Source: Candidatus Marinacidobacterales bacterium
GTDB lineage: Bacteria; Acidobacteriota; Vicinamibacteria; Marinacidobacterales; SMYC01
NCBI GenBank assembly: GCA_965224085.1
Contig: CBDCYI010000004.1
Span: forward strand, 1,088,001-1,152,000
Length of the DNA: 64,000 bases
Reading direction: 5' to 3'
The stretch's first letter is position 1; each line of letters begins with the position of its first letter. The notes beneath the pieces were generated by a model that searched no databases, had not been told where the DNA came from, and saw nothing but the letters and a program-made list of their open reading frames with translations. Of this stretch, positions 17,643 through 27,161 are shown piece by piece. Position numbers and translations under genes: made by a program.

Positions 17643-19961
17643 TCAGTCGACGCCGCCGCTAATCGTGAGGCCGAAAAAGAGCTCGCGTCCGGGCGACGGC
17701 TCGTAGTACCGGCGTCCGAAGGCGTTGGGGATGGTCGAGCCGTTGTAGCGCTCGTCGAACACGTTGTCGATGCCGAGGAAGGGGTGGAGGTCTACCTTCT
17801 TCCACAAGCGAGCGAGTGCAAAGCGAAGGTTTACAACGTGGGAGGCCCAGTTGGACTCCGAGTTGGCATTGTTCACGGCGTAGGCATCCATCCACTCATA
17901 GTTCACGACCGAGCGGAGCCCGAACTCGGTCTCGAAGCTGACCTCCGCGAACAGACGATTGGGCGGTGCGCCGGGCTCCTGATTGCCCGAGAAATCGGCG
18001 TTGTCAGTGACGAATCGCGTGAACTCGAAATCCTGGTACGTGTACGCTAGGCGAGTCTTAACGCTCGGGACCGGGGTCCAGTCCAGAAGAAGCTCGAGAC
18101 CGTTGCGTGTCGACTCGCCGGCGTTCCTGAAGAAGGTCTGCTCGTCCTCCCGCTCGAACTGAATGAGCGTGTTCTTAAGCGTGGCGAAGTATACGGCGAC
18201 GCCGTAGTGCAGCCGTGACTCCGGCACGAGCCCCCGAAGTCCGAACTCGAGGCTCCGCACATCCTCGGGCTCGAGGTCCGTATTGAAGCCGCCTTCGCCC
18301 GTCGGCCGGTTCGACAGCTCGACGGTTGTCGGCGTTTGGTAGGCTGTGGATAAGCTGGCGTACACATTGAGCTCGTCGGTGGCCGCGTAGGTCACACCGG
18401 CCATCGGGCTGAACGCGTCCATCGTTCTGCCACCGGACTGGTCACCGTCACTCAGGAAGAGATCGGTTACCTCGAAGTCGAAGTAGTCGTATCGGATGCC
18501 CGCGGTCACCGTCCATTGCGGCTGTGGTTGGAAGTTCACCTGAGCGAAGGGCCCGAGCGAAAACACCTTCTCGGCCTGGTCGACCAGCTGGCGCCCCTCC
18601 TCCGCCATGCCGTCGTCACCGGCCCCCTCGTTGACGAACTCGACACGATCGTCGTTTTGGGAGGAGGCATCGACACCCGCCGTCCAAGTGACGGGAACCG
18701 TGCCGATTCGAACGGCACCACTGTACTCGGACCGGAAGCCTGAGCCTGTGCGGCCAAGCTGAATGATCCGGAACGGAATCGGATTCACCACGTCCCGCCA
18801 CATACCCCAGCCGCTCGCTCGGAGCGATTGGCCGCCGCCGAAGCGGTGCTCAAAGGCGATGCCGCCTTGGCCCTGGGTAGCACTCTCGCCCCATCCCTGA
18901 GCGATGGCGAGCGACCTGACGCTTTGGGGGTTGTCCATGGCGTCCGATCGCGTCAGCGTGCTCGAGCTCTGGCCAAAAGGGAGGTCGAACAGGTTGAAGA
19001 TGCCCCGGAGCTCGGTCTTTGGAGTCAGCTCTGTACGGATCACTACGTTGGCCTGACGAACCTCCCCGGCGCTGTGCTGGCGGTACCCGTCGGTCGCGAT
19101 GCGGCTCACATCCACCAGGTAGCCGACCCGGCCCGAGGATCCTTGGACTTTGACGGCTTGGCGCTCGTACCCGTAGCTGCCGAACTGGAAGTCCGGTGTG
19201 ATGACGAGCGGACGCGACGGTGGGAACTCTGTACGAAAAGCGACGACTCCTGCTGCGGAGTTCCCATAGAGCACCGAGCTTGGCCCGCGAATGACTTCGA
19301 TCCGTCCGGTGGATCCCAGATTGATGTTCGTCGGCTGCGTCGTTCCATCTGCGGTGGTGAGGGGGATCCCGTCCTGAATGAGCTGAATGCCCGCCATGCC
19401 GAAGCCCCTCGGAAGAGGCGACCGGATGTTGAGCCTGATACCGCCCGTCTTCGAGAAGTCGTGACGGTTCTGAGCGTACACGCCGGGAATGGCCCGGAGG
19501 GTCTCGGCCGGTGTCGCCCTGCGCTGCCCGAACTGGATCTCCTCGCCGGAAACGACGCTTACGGCCTGCGGAACCACGGACAGCGACTGCTCGGCGCGGG
19601 TGACCGTGACGGTCTCGCTGATGGCGGCGATCTGCAGCGTGAGGTCCAACGTTTGGGGCTCGCCCGGCGCGACCGTGACGGTGGCAACCTCGCTGCGAAA
19701 ACCGGGCAACACCGCCTGTAGATCGTAATCGCCACCCTCGAGCCCGGAGAACTCATAGTGTCCCCGGGCGTCGCAGAAGACGGTCGCGACGTTTCCGGTC
19801 TGCAGGTTCTTCGCCGTGATGGTCGCACCAACCAAAACCCCTCCCCGCTCGTCGTGGAGCGTTCCGTTTATTTGGGCCGGTTGTGTCTGAGCGCGTGCCT
19901 TCGGCGTGAGTCCGCACAGCAGCAACCCGCTCAAACACATGGTCACAGAGGCGTAGTTCAT
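17643..19961 (-). CDS. TonB-dependent receptor with carboxypeptidase-regulatory-like N-domain
   Basis: Signal peptide, GTLHDERGGVLVGATIT, ETVTVT, RIEVIRGPSSVLYG, DNVFDERY and PGRELF. Confidence 0.93.
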   Translation of the reverse strand: MNYASVTMCLSGLLLCGLTPKARAQTQPAQINGTLHDERGGVLVGATITAKNLQTGNVATVFCDARGHYEFSGLEGGDYDLQAVLPGFRSEVATVTVAPGEPQTLDLTLQIAAISETVTVTRAEQSLSVVPQAVSVVSGEEIQFGQRRATPAETLRAIPGVYAQNRHDFSKTGGIRLNIRSPLPRGFGMAGIQLIQDGIPLTTADGTTQPTNINLGSTGRIEVIRGPSSVLYGNSAAGVVAFRTEFPPSRPLVITPDFQFGSYGYERQAVKVQGSSGRVGYLVDVSRIATDGYRQHSAGEVRQANVVIRTELTPKTELRGIFNLFDLPFGQSSSTLTRSDAMDNPQSVRSLAIAQGWGESATQGQGGIAFEHRFGGGQSLRASGWGMWRDVVNPIPFRIIQLGRTGSGFRSEYSGAVRIGTVPVTWTAGVDASSQNDDRVEFVNEGAGDDGMAEEGRQLVDQAEKVFSLGPFAQVNFQPQPQWTVTAGIRYDYFDFEVTDLFLSDGDQSGGRTMDAFSPMAGVTYAATDELNVYASLSTAYQTPTTVELSNRPTGEGGFNTDLEPEDVRSLEFGLRGLVPESRLHYGVAVYFATLKNTLIQFEREDEQTFFRNAGESTRNGLELLLDWTPVPSVKTRLAYTYQDFEFTRFVTDNADFSGNQEPGAPPNRLFAEVSFETEFGLRSVVNYEWMDAYAVNNANSESNWASHVVNLRFALARLWKKVDLHPFLGIDNVFDERYNGSTIPNAFGRRYYEPSPGRELFFGLTISGGVD

Positions 19962-20257
19962 CTTGATACCTCGAATAAAAGGAAACCGCGGCAGCGAAAA
20001 CGAATTCGTCCGCGAGAGTTCAGACCTCGGCGCCTAATGCCCGCGCTCCTCATACCGCCGACGCTATCGTAGCACTAACCGACCCGCTCTAGAACACTCG
20101 GCCAAAGGTACTTTGTCGGATTGGTGACTCTTTTTCTGCAAGTCGTTCCAAGATCCCATGGCCAACGCCGTAGTGAGAACGCGCTCGCCAGGAACAAGCG
20201 GTTCGGGACGATCCCCTCGAGTCCATTTGGGTTGTAGAGTAATATGCGTCACACTTC

Positions 20258-20524
20258 ATGAGACCGTTGCCGACCGCCGACGTCACTGTCCTCGCAATTT
20301 ACGTTGTCGGCGTGGTTCTGCTCGGCGCGTATTTCGCTCGGCACCGCCGCACTCCCGAAAGCTTTGGCTTTGGAATCGATCAGAGCTACGTGCAGTGCTA
20401 CCACGCTGCGGGCAGCGTAGCGGGTGCGAAGCGCTCGGTGTGGATAGCGGCGAGCCTCTACATCCCCATTGCGCTCGTCTTGTTCGTTACTCGGTGCGCG
20501 GCTTCGACATGGCCACTGACCTGA
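20258..20524 (+). pseudogene. sodium:solute symporter remnant with a large internal deletion
   Basis: The first helix (DVTVLAIYVVGVVLLGAYFARHRRTPESF) is joined directly to the mid-protein motif FGIDQSYVQ-YH..AKRSVW. Only 88 aa. Confidence 0.7.
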
Positions 20525-21483
20525 CGCTCCCGCACCGCTTCCCTCTCGGGATCTTCCCCACGCCGCTCGTCGAGGCGCCCCGTCTGTCGAAAAGGCTGGG
20601 TGGGCCACGCATTTTCATCAAACGCGACGACCTTACAGGGTTTGGATTCGGCGGGAACAAGATCCGCGGGCTCGAGCTCTTTATGGCTCAAGCGATCGCG
20701 CAGGATGCGGATGTGATCGTCACGGGCGCGGGACCTCAATCAAATCACGTGCGCGCTAGCGCAGCTGCGGCACGGGCAGCGGGGCTCGACATCGTTGCTG
20801 TGATGCACGACGCCCGACCCGACCAAGCTCGCGGTAACCTCTTCCTGGACGAGCTGCTCGACGTGGATCTGCGATTTACTGGCGATCCCGACCGCGCGCT
20901 CGTAGACACGCGCATCGACGAGGTGGCCAACGAGCTTCGCGAGAGCGGCCGAAGGCCCTATGTCATCCCGCGCGGCGGTACTAGCGGGCTCGGCGCCGTC
21001 GGCTACATCGAATGCGTGCGCGAGATGCGCGAGCAGCTTCTAGCTCGTGAGCTCTCTCCCACGTGGTTGGTCGTAACGACGGGCGCTTGCGGGACGCATG
21101 CCGGGCTCGTGGCTGGGGCCAAAATCTATCAAGCGCCGTATCGTATCCTCGGAATTACGGTCAGCCGGCCCGTCGCCGAATGCCGACGACGCATTCAGCG
21201 TTTTGCCGTCCTAGCCGCTGAAAATGTCGGCCATACCATCGACGTGGCGGAGGACACGCTATTCGTGCGCGACGGTTTCATTGGCGCTGGGTACGGTATC
21301 CCGACGCTAGAAGGCCACGAGGCGATTCGGCTCGTGGCGCAGACCGAGGGCGTGTTTCTCGATCCGACCTATACGGGAAAGACGATGGCGGGACTCATCG
21401 CCGAGATCGCGTCCAAGCGTCTGGGTCGGAAGGACACGATCGTCTACCTTCACACCGGTGGGGAGCCGGCGTTGTTCGCTTAG
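20509..21483 (+). CDS. D-cysteine desulfhydrase/ACC deaminase family PLP enzyme
   Basis: PTPL, IKRDDLTG..GGNKIR, QSNH, GYG, EGVFLDPTYTGK and HTGG. Start placed at ATG 20509. Confidence 0.92.
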   Translation: MATDLTLPHRFPLGIFPTPLVEAPRLSKRLGGPRIFIKRDDLTGFGFGGNKIRGLELFMAQAIAQDADVIVTGAGPQSNHVRASAAAARAAGLDIVAVMHDARPDQARGNLFLDELLDVDLRFTGDPDRALVDTRIDEVANELRESGRRPYVIPRGGTSGLGAVGYIECVREMREQLLARELSPTWLVVTTGACGTHAGLVAGAKIYQAPYRILGITVSRPVAECRRRIQRFAVLAAENVGHTIDVAEDTLFVRDGFIGAGYGIPTLEGHEAIRLVAQTEGVFLDPTYTGKTMAGLIAEIASKRLGRKDTIVYLHTGGEPALFA

Positions 21484-21710
21484 CTTAGACGTTCTAAACA
21501 ATCCGCTGAGCCTGATTGAATGACTCGCTCTCCAGTTCAGCTCCGACGCGTAGCACATCAGCACGATTCCACGCCTTCATGAACGGGTAGCGCTCGGCTA
21601 GCGCCACGTGCTTCTCAGTGCGATCCTGCTCTGCCCTTGAAACGCCCGTTTTCTCTTTGATATCACGTTGCGATCCCGGCTTCCGAGCTGTCCACGTTTT
21701 CCTTTCTTAT

Positions 21711-21747
21711 TGGAAACCTGGCCCACAGCGGGCCAGGTTTCCATTTT
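21711..21747 (+). terminator. intrinsic terminator-like hairpin
   Basis: Perfect 14-bp stem TGGAAACCTGGCCC/GGGCCAGGTTTCCA with a 5-nt loop, followed by TTTT. Confidence 0.75.
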
Positions 21748-22251
21748 AGCCGCTGCCTCTATTGCGTATCTCAGCGAGCCCCTGCCTGCTGGTCGCGCTC
21801 ACTAAACCCAACGAGCACAATTGCAAGCGGCATGCGAAGCTTCGTACGCCACGTGCAAAAACCCGCCGGCACCGAAGGGCCCTCGAATTACGGGTACACC
21901 TTCGGGCGGGTTTGTCACGGGACCACTTGCGAAGCTTCGCAAGTACGACGAGCGCAATAAGCCAAGCTCGAGCTCGACAAGCTGCTCGGCGCGACGCATG
22001 GCGGCAAGAGCGGCATACGGTACGGCGCTATTGACAGCGAGCACGTAGGCCGCTTGGCTCACGGTATCCATCCTGCGGCTTGAAGCTCAGAAATACGCTT
22101 CTCCATCGTCGCTCTAGCTTCGGGATGATCACGGAGCACTTGCCGGTTAGTCCGGATATATATTTTTTGCCAGGCTTCATAATCGTGCTTGTCGGAGGAT
22201 TTTTGGGAGGCACGCCCCACCGGTTCGCGATAAACTCCCGTCTGCACAGCG

Positions 22252-23559
22252 ATGGGCTTGCTCATTCTCGGTTTATTCAAGCGCGGCTCCCGTGGGCCGA
22301 CCCTTCACGAGGCTGCCCACGCGGGGGACCTCGATGCGGTGTCGAAGCGGCTGGTCGAGGGCGTGAACATCGACGAGCGCGGTCGCGCGCAGGCAACGCC
22401 GTTGATGCTCGCCGCACAAGAGGGCCACGTCGACGTTGTGCGAAAGCTCGTCGAGGCCGGAGCCGAGCCCAACGCGCGTAACCCGCTCGGTGTGACCCCG
22501 ATCGGCTCTGCCGCTTTCGGCGACCATACGAGCGTTGTGCGCTATCTTCTCGAAAACGGTGGCGACGTCGACGCTAAGGATCGCAAATCGACGACCCCTC
22601 TTATGATCGCCAGCCAACACGGCCAGGGCGAAACGGTGCACGTACTCGTGGAAGCTGGCGCGAACCTGGAGGCGCTCAACGATGACGGCCGCACAGCTTT
22701 GACGCTGGCTCTGCTCGAAGGGCACGACGTGATCGTGAACCTCTTGCTCGAGCTCGGAGCGGACGTCGACCTAGCAGACGCCGACGGAACGACGGCGTTG
22801 ATGCTCGCTTCGGAGGCTGGCAACGTCAAGCTTCTACATCGGCTCATCACCGTTTTTAGGGCCGACGTAAACGCTACACGGCAGGACGACACGACCGCGT
22901 TGATGACGGCGGCCTCGGTGGGAAACCGCGCCGTCGTCGACCTCCTACTCGAATCGGGAGCCGACCCGCTGGCGAAAGACCGACATGGGCTCAGCGCGTT
23001 CCTGCGGAGCGCGATGTACGGTCATCTCGATCTCGTAGAGACGATGCTGAGCCACGGCGCGGAGCCCGCCCAGGTCGACCACCTCGGTCGCGACGGGCTG
23101 ATCTTGTCGGCAACGGGAGGGCATGTCGCGCTGGCGCACTTGCTTCTCGAGCATGGCGCTCCTGTCGATTCACAAGCAGAGAATGGAACTACGGCGCTCA
23201 TTGCGGCCGCCCATGGAGGGTACGAGGAGCTCGTCGAGCTTCTTTTGACGCGAGGCGCCGCTGTCGACGTCAAGACACGGCAAGGGGAGACGGCACTCTT
23301 CAAAGCTGCAGAAGAGGGCCGCACCGCTTTCGTCGAGCGGCTCGCCGAGGCGGGCGCTGACGTCAATGTCGCCGACACCCACGGGCGGACGCCACTGACG
23401 ATCGCCGCTCTAAACGCTAATTGCGATCTCATCGAAACACTCCTGCGACGAAACGCGACCCTCGCACCCGCCGAAGCCAAACGACTCACGACCCTCGCTG
23501 AGCAACAAGGGCTCTCGGATGTAGCGGCGTTACTCCGAGACTTACACTCGGCACAGTAA
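22252..23559 (+). CDS. ankyrin repeat protein
   Basis: About a dozen G-T(P/A)L-xAA-xGH..LL..GADVN repeats. Confidence 0.95.
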   Translation: MGLLILGLFKRGSRGPTLHEAAHAGDLDAVSKRLVEGVNIDERGRAQATPLMLAAQEGHVDVVRKLVEAGAEPNARNPLGVTPIGSAAFGDHTSVVRYLLENGGDVDAKDRKSTTPLMIASQHGQGETVHVLVEAGANLEALNDDGRTALTLALLEGHDVIVNLLLELGADVDLADADGTTALMLASEAGNVKLLHRLITVFRADVNATRQDDTTALMTAASVGNRAVVDLLLESGADPLAKDRHGLSAFLRSAMYGHLDLVETMLSHGAEPAQVDHLGRDGLILSATGGHVALAHLLLEHGAPVDSQAENGTTALIAAAHGGYEELVELLLTRGAAVDVKTRQGETALFKAAEEGRTAFVERLAEAGADVNVADTHGRTPLTIAALNANCDLIETLLRRNATLAPAEAKRLTTLAEQQGLSDVAALLRDLHSAQ

Positions 23560-23574
23560 AGGAGCTTTAAGCGC

Positions 23575-25770
23575 ATGTCTCATTCTCTGAAGGGAGCGAT
23601 CCTGGGCCTGGGCCTGGCCCTCCTCGTCCTCGGGGGGGCCTCGCCTCTCCAATCTGCGGAAGATTCGAATCTCAAAGGGTTTCTGAAAGATGAGATCGAG
23701 ACGCAACGCGAATGGGAAGAAAAATATCGCTCGATCCCCGAGCCTGCCAATCTTCGCGAGTACATGCGCATCATCACCGAAGAGCCGCACATAGCCGGCC
23801 TACCCGGCAGTAAGAAAGTCGCCGAGTACATCCACGCGCAGTTCAAGTCATGGGGCCTCAACGCGTGGATCGAGGAAACGCAAGCGCTGATGCCGCTCCC
23901 GATCGAACGTCATGTCGAGCTTCTCGAGCCAGACAACTACGTGCTTCTGCTTCGCGAGCCACCCGTCTTGAACGACAAAGACTCTGCTGATGATGGGTCG
24001 CTTCCGACCTACAACGCCTACGCAGCCGACGGAGATGTCACCGGTCAGCTCATCTACGTGAATTACGGGATCCCGGAGGACTACGAAACGCTTCAGTCCA
24101 AAGGCCTCAGTGTAGAAGGCAAAATCGTCATCGCCCTCTACGGCCGAAGCTGGCGCGGCATCAAAGCCAAGCTCGCACAAACCCATGGCGCGATCGCCTG
24201 CCTCATCTATTCCGACCCTCGTGATGACGGCTACTACCAGGGGCAAACTTATCCAGACGGGCCTTATCGCCCCGAGCATGGCGTGCAACGCGGCAGCATC
24301 ATGGATATGCCCGTTCACCCCGGCGACCCACTGAGCCCGGGCTTCGGCGCCAAGACGGATCAAGAACGACTCGAGCTCAGTGAAGCGAAGACGCTCGTCA
24401 AGATCCCGGTTCTTCCCATTTCCTATGGTGACGCGCTCCCTCTGTTGAAAAACTTGCGCGGCGAGGTCGCGCCCGAGGACTGGCGCGGCGCGCTTCCCAT
24501 CACCTACCACATCGGACCGGGGCCGTCGAAAGTGCGCGTAAAGCTCGCGATCGAGTGGAAGAGCCGTCCGCTCTACAACGTCATCGCCAGCATCGACGGG
24601 AGTGTTTATCCCGACCAATGGATCGTCCACGGAAACCATCACGACGCCTGGAACAACGGCGCCACGGACCCGACGAGCGGCAACGTCGCGTTGATGGAGA
24701 CGGCGCGCTCGTTCGCCGAGCTGATGAAGCAAGGATGGAAGCCGAAGCGCACGATCGTCCTCGCGTCCTGGGACGGCGAAGAATGGGGTCTGCTCGGCTC
24801 TACCGAGTGGGCGGAGACACACAAGGAAGAGCTCACCGAGAAAGGTGTGGTGTACATCAATAGCGATAGCAGCGGAAAAGGCTGGCTCGGGATGTCGGGA
24901 AGCCATACGCTCCAAGAGCTCGTCAACGATGTCATCCGCGACATCCCTGACCCCGAGCGCGGGGTCAGTGTTTGGGAGGCAGCACGACGACGGCGGATCG
25001 AGACGGCCGATAGCGATGAAGACCGCGCGGAAATCGAGCAGACCGACGATCTCCGGATCGGGGCGCTCGGCTCTGGCTCCGACTACACTGTATTTCTCGA
25101 CCACCTGACGATGGCGTCCTTGAACCTCGGCTTCGGCGGCGACAGCCCGGGCGGCATCTACCATTCGAACTACGACTCGTTCGATTGGTATACACGTTTC
25201 TCTGACGGGTCTTTCGTTTTTGGCCGCGCCTTGTCGCAAACCATCGGCACCACGATCATGCGGCTCGCGAACGCCACCGTACTCCCGTTCAACTTCACCG
25301 ATCTTTCCGACACGATGAGCCGCTACGTCGAAGAGATCAAACAAGAGCACGAAGAGCGGGAGAACGCGCCAGAGATCGACCTCGCTCCTGTGGAAGCCGC
25401 GCTCGCGAAGCTGAGCGAAGCAGGCGAAGAGTACGAGCGCGCGCTCGAGAAGCTCGCCACGATGAGCTCGAGCGCGGTGCAGTCACAACCCGAGCTCGAG
25501 CGGCTAAACCAGCTTCTCTACACGTCGGAGCGGCGGCTCTCCCACGACGAAGGCCTCCCCGAGCGGGAGTGGTTCCGCCACCAGGTTTACGCGCCGGGCT
25601 TTTATACAGGCTACGGGGTCAAGACGATTCCGGGTATCCGCGAAGGACTGGAAGAAGAAGCGTGGGAAGAAGCGAAATATTACGTCACCGTTGTCTCCCA
25701 GGCACTCTCCGAATTGGTCGCGCAAGTCCAGCAAGAGCGTGCTCTAGTGGATGGCCTAGCGTCGAACTAG
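23575..25770 (+). CDS. M28 peptidase, glutamate carboxypeptidase II/transferrin-receptor-like
   Basis: Signal peptide, PA domain, GNHHDAW, GATDPTSG, WDGEEWG, GSGSDY, YHSNYD and dimerisation-domain motif WFRHQVYAPG. Confidence 0.93.
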   Translation: MSHSLKGAILGLGLALLVLGGASPLQSAEDSNLKGFLKDEIETQREWEEKYRSIPEPANLREYMRIITEEPHIAGLPGSKKVAEYIHAQFKSWGLNAWIEETQALMPLPIERHVELLEPDNYVLLLREPPVLNDKDSADDGSLPTYNAYAADGDVTGQLIYVNYGIPEDYETLQSKGLSVEGKIVIALYGRSWRGIKAKLAQTHGAIACLIYSDPRDDGYYQGQTYPDGPYRPEHGVQRGSIMDMPVHPGDPLSPGFGAKTDQERLELSEAKTLVKIPVLPISYGDALPLLKNLRGEVAPEDWRGALPITYHIGPGPSKVRVKLAIEWKSRPLYNVIASIDGSVYPDQWIVHGNHHDAWNNGATDPTSGNVALMETARSFAELMKQGWKPKRTIVLASWDGEEWGLLGSTEWAETHKEELTEKGVVYINSDSSGKGWLGMSGSHTLQELVNDVIRDIPDPERGVSVWEAARRRRIETADSDEDRAEIEQTDDLRIGALGSGSDYTVFLDHLTMASLNLGFGGDSPGGIYHSNYDSFDWYTRFSDGSFVFGRALSQTIGTTIMRLANATVLPFNFTDLSDTMSRYVEEIKQEHEERENAPEIDLAPVEAALAKLSEAGEEYERALEKLATMSSSAVQSQPELERLNQLLYTSERRLSHDEGLPEREWFRHQVYAPGFYTGYGVKTIPGIREGLEEEAWEEAKYYVTVVSQALSELVAQVQQERALVDGLASN

Positions 25771-25861
25771 CGGGACCATGCGCTAAAATTGCGCTACGCG
25801 GAGATCGGGGCGCTATGCCGACGCACGTCGAAAGGCTGGGGGCACCACCACGGCCACCGCG

Positions 25862-26509
25862 TTATTCGACGGAAAGACCGGTCGGACACGCGACGCCCGT
25901 TCCGCCGAGGCCGCAATAGCCTCCCGGGTTCTTCGCGAGATATTGCTGGTGGTAGTCCTCGGCGTAGTAGAACTCCCGCGCCTGAAGAATCTCCGTCGTG
26001 ATGGGATCGTAGCCAGCCGCGCTCAGCCGCTCTTGGTAGGTTACGAGAGAAGATTCTGCCGCCTGCGCTTGCGCTTTTGAATGGGTATAGATCTCTGAGC
26101 GGTATTGGGTGCCGATATCGTTTCCCTGGCGCATGCCCTGGGTCGGATCGTGGGCCTCCCAAAACACTTTGAGGAGCTCTTCATAGCCGATGACACTCGG
26201 ATCGAACACGACCAAGACGACCTCGTTGTGACCCGTCCGTCCGGAGCAGACTTCGTGATAGGTGGGGTTCGGGGTGGAGCCGCCCGCATAGCCGACCGCG
26301 GTCGTGTGCACGCCATCGATCTCCCAGAAGACTTTCTCGGCTCCCCAAAAACACCCGAAACCGAACATCGCGGTCTCGAACATTTCTGGAAAAGGCGGCT
26401 TCAAAGGATTCCCGTTCACGAAATGCGTGTCCGGAACAGCCATTGGCTCGGCGCGGCCTGGAAGAGCGTCTTCTGGTGTCGGTAGTGTTAGCTTCTTGGT
26501 CAGAAACAT
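25862..26509 (-). CDS. msrA: peptide-methionine (S)-S-oxide reductase
   Basis: [38 protein letters not shown] and [12 protein letters not shown] 26509 with RBS GGAGG. Confidence 0.97.
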   Translation of the reverse strand: MFLTKKLTLPTPEDALPGRAEPMAVPDTHFVNGNPLKPPFPEMFETAMFGFGCFWGAEKVFWEIDGVHTTAVGYAGGSTPNPTYHEVCSGRTGHNEVVLVVFDPSVIGYEELLKVFWEAHDPTQGMRQGNDIGTQYRSEIYTHSKAQAQAAESSLVTYQERLSAAGYDPITTEILQAREFYYAEDYHQQYLAKNPGGYCGLGGTGVACPTGLSVE

Positions 26510-26567
26510 CGTGTCCTCCGCACGCCAAGTCTCGCGCGGCGTGCGGAAAGACGCAAGTCTTTCCGGG

Positions 26568-27095
26568 CTATCGAAAGGCCTCTCGCGCTTTGATTTTCGC
26601 GTCGAGGAAGTCCGCTCGCGGGACGTGCAGTAGCTCGGAAATCTTACGGACGAGATATTCCTCGCTCGGCAGAAGCTGCGCATCGGCGAATGCGACACCC
26701 CATAGGTATTGGACGACGGTCTTTTTCTGCTCGGGCGTGTAGTGCCGATCGACGAGGTTCGTGAACTCGTGGATGCGTTTCGACTGTCGCACTTCTTCCT
26801 CGGCGAAACGGACCACGGCAACGGCCTCGTCTTCCATCAGACCAAGAACATCCCGCACCCCCGCCGAGACCGCGTTGAGCTCGTCGGCGCGCAAGTCGAA
26901 GTCACAGCGCGCTACCTCGAGAAGAAGGACGGCCGTCGCGAGTTGGAGCTGGCGGTCCGACACGCGTGGTCGCTTCGCGTCTGCGCCCTCCACTTTCGCG
27001 GCAAGCTGCTCGTCGAAGAAATCCTGGATGGCTCCGAGGAGCGACTCTTTTAGCTTTAGCTCGGCCCGCAACTCGGGCGTGAGAGGTTCGGACAT
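26568..27095 (-). CDS. TerB family protein
   Basis: [35 protein letters not shown]. Confidence 0.85.
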   Translation of the reverse strand: MSEPLTPELRAELKLKESLLGAIQDFFDEQLAAKVEGADAKRPRVSDRQLQLATAVLLLEVARCDFDLRADELNAVSAGVRDVLGLMEDEAVAVVRFAEEEVRQSKRIHEFTNLVDRHYTPEQKKTVVQYLWGVAFADAQLLPSEEYLVRKISELLHVPRADFLDAKIKAREAFR

Positions 27096-27161
27096 GGTTT
27101 AGTCTGCCGCTTTGAAAGGCTTTCTTTATTGTCACTCTCGAGCTCGGCGCGGTCAACACGC

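Noticed and set aside
19962-20257. Cobalamin or other riboswitch upstream of the TonB receptor
   Set aside because: No B12-box or other aptamer consensus could be recognised by eye.
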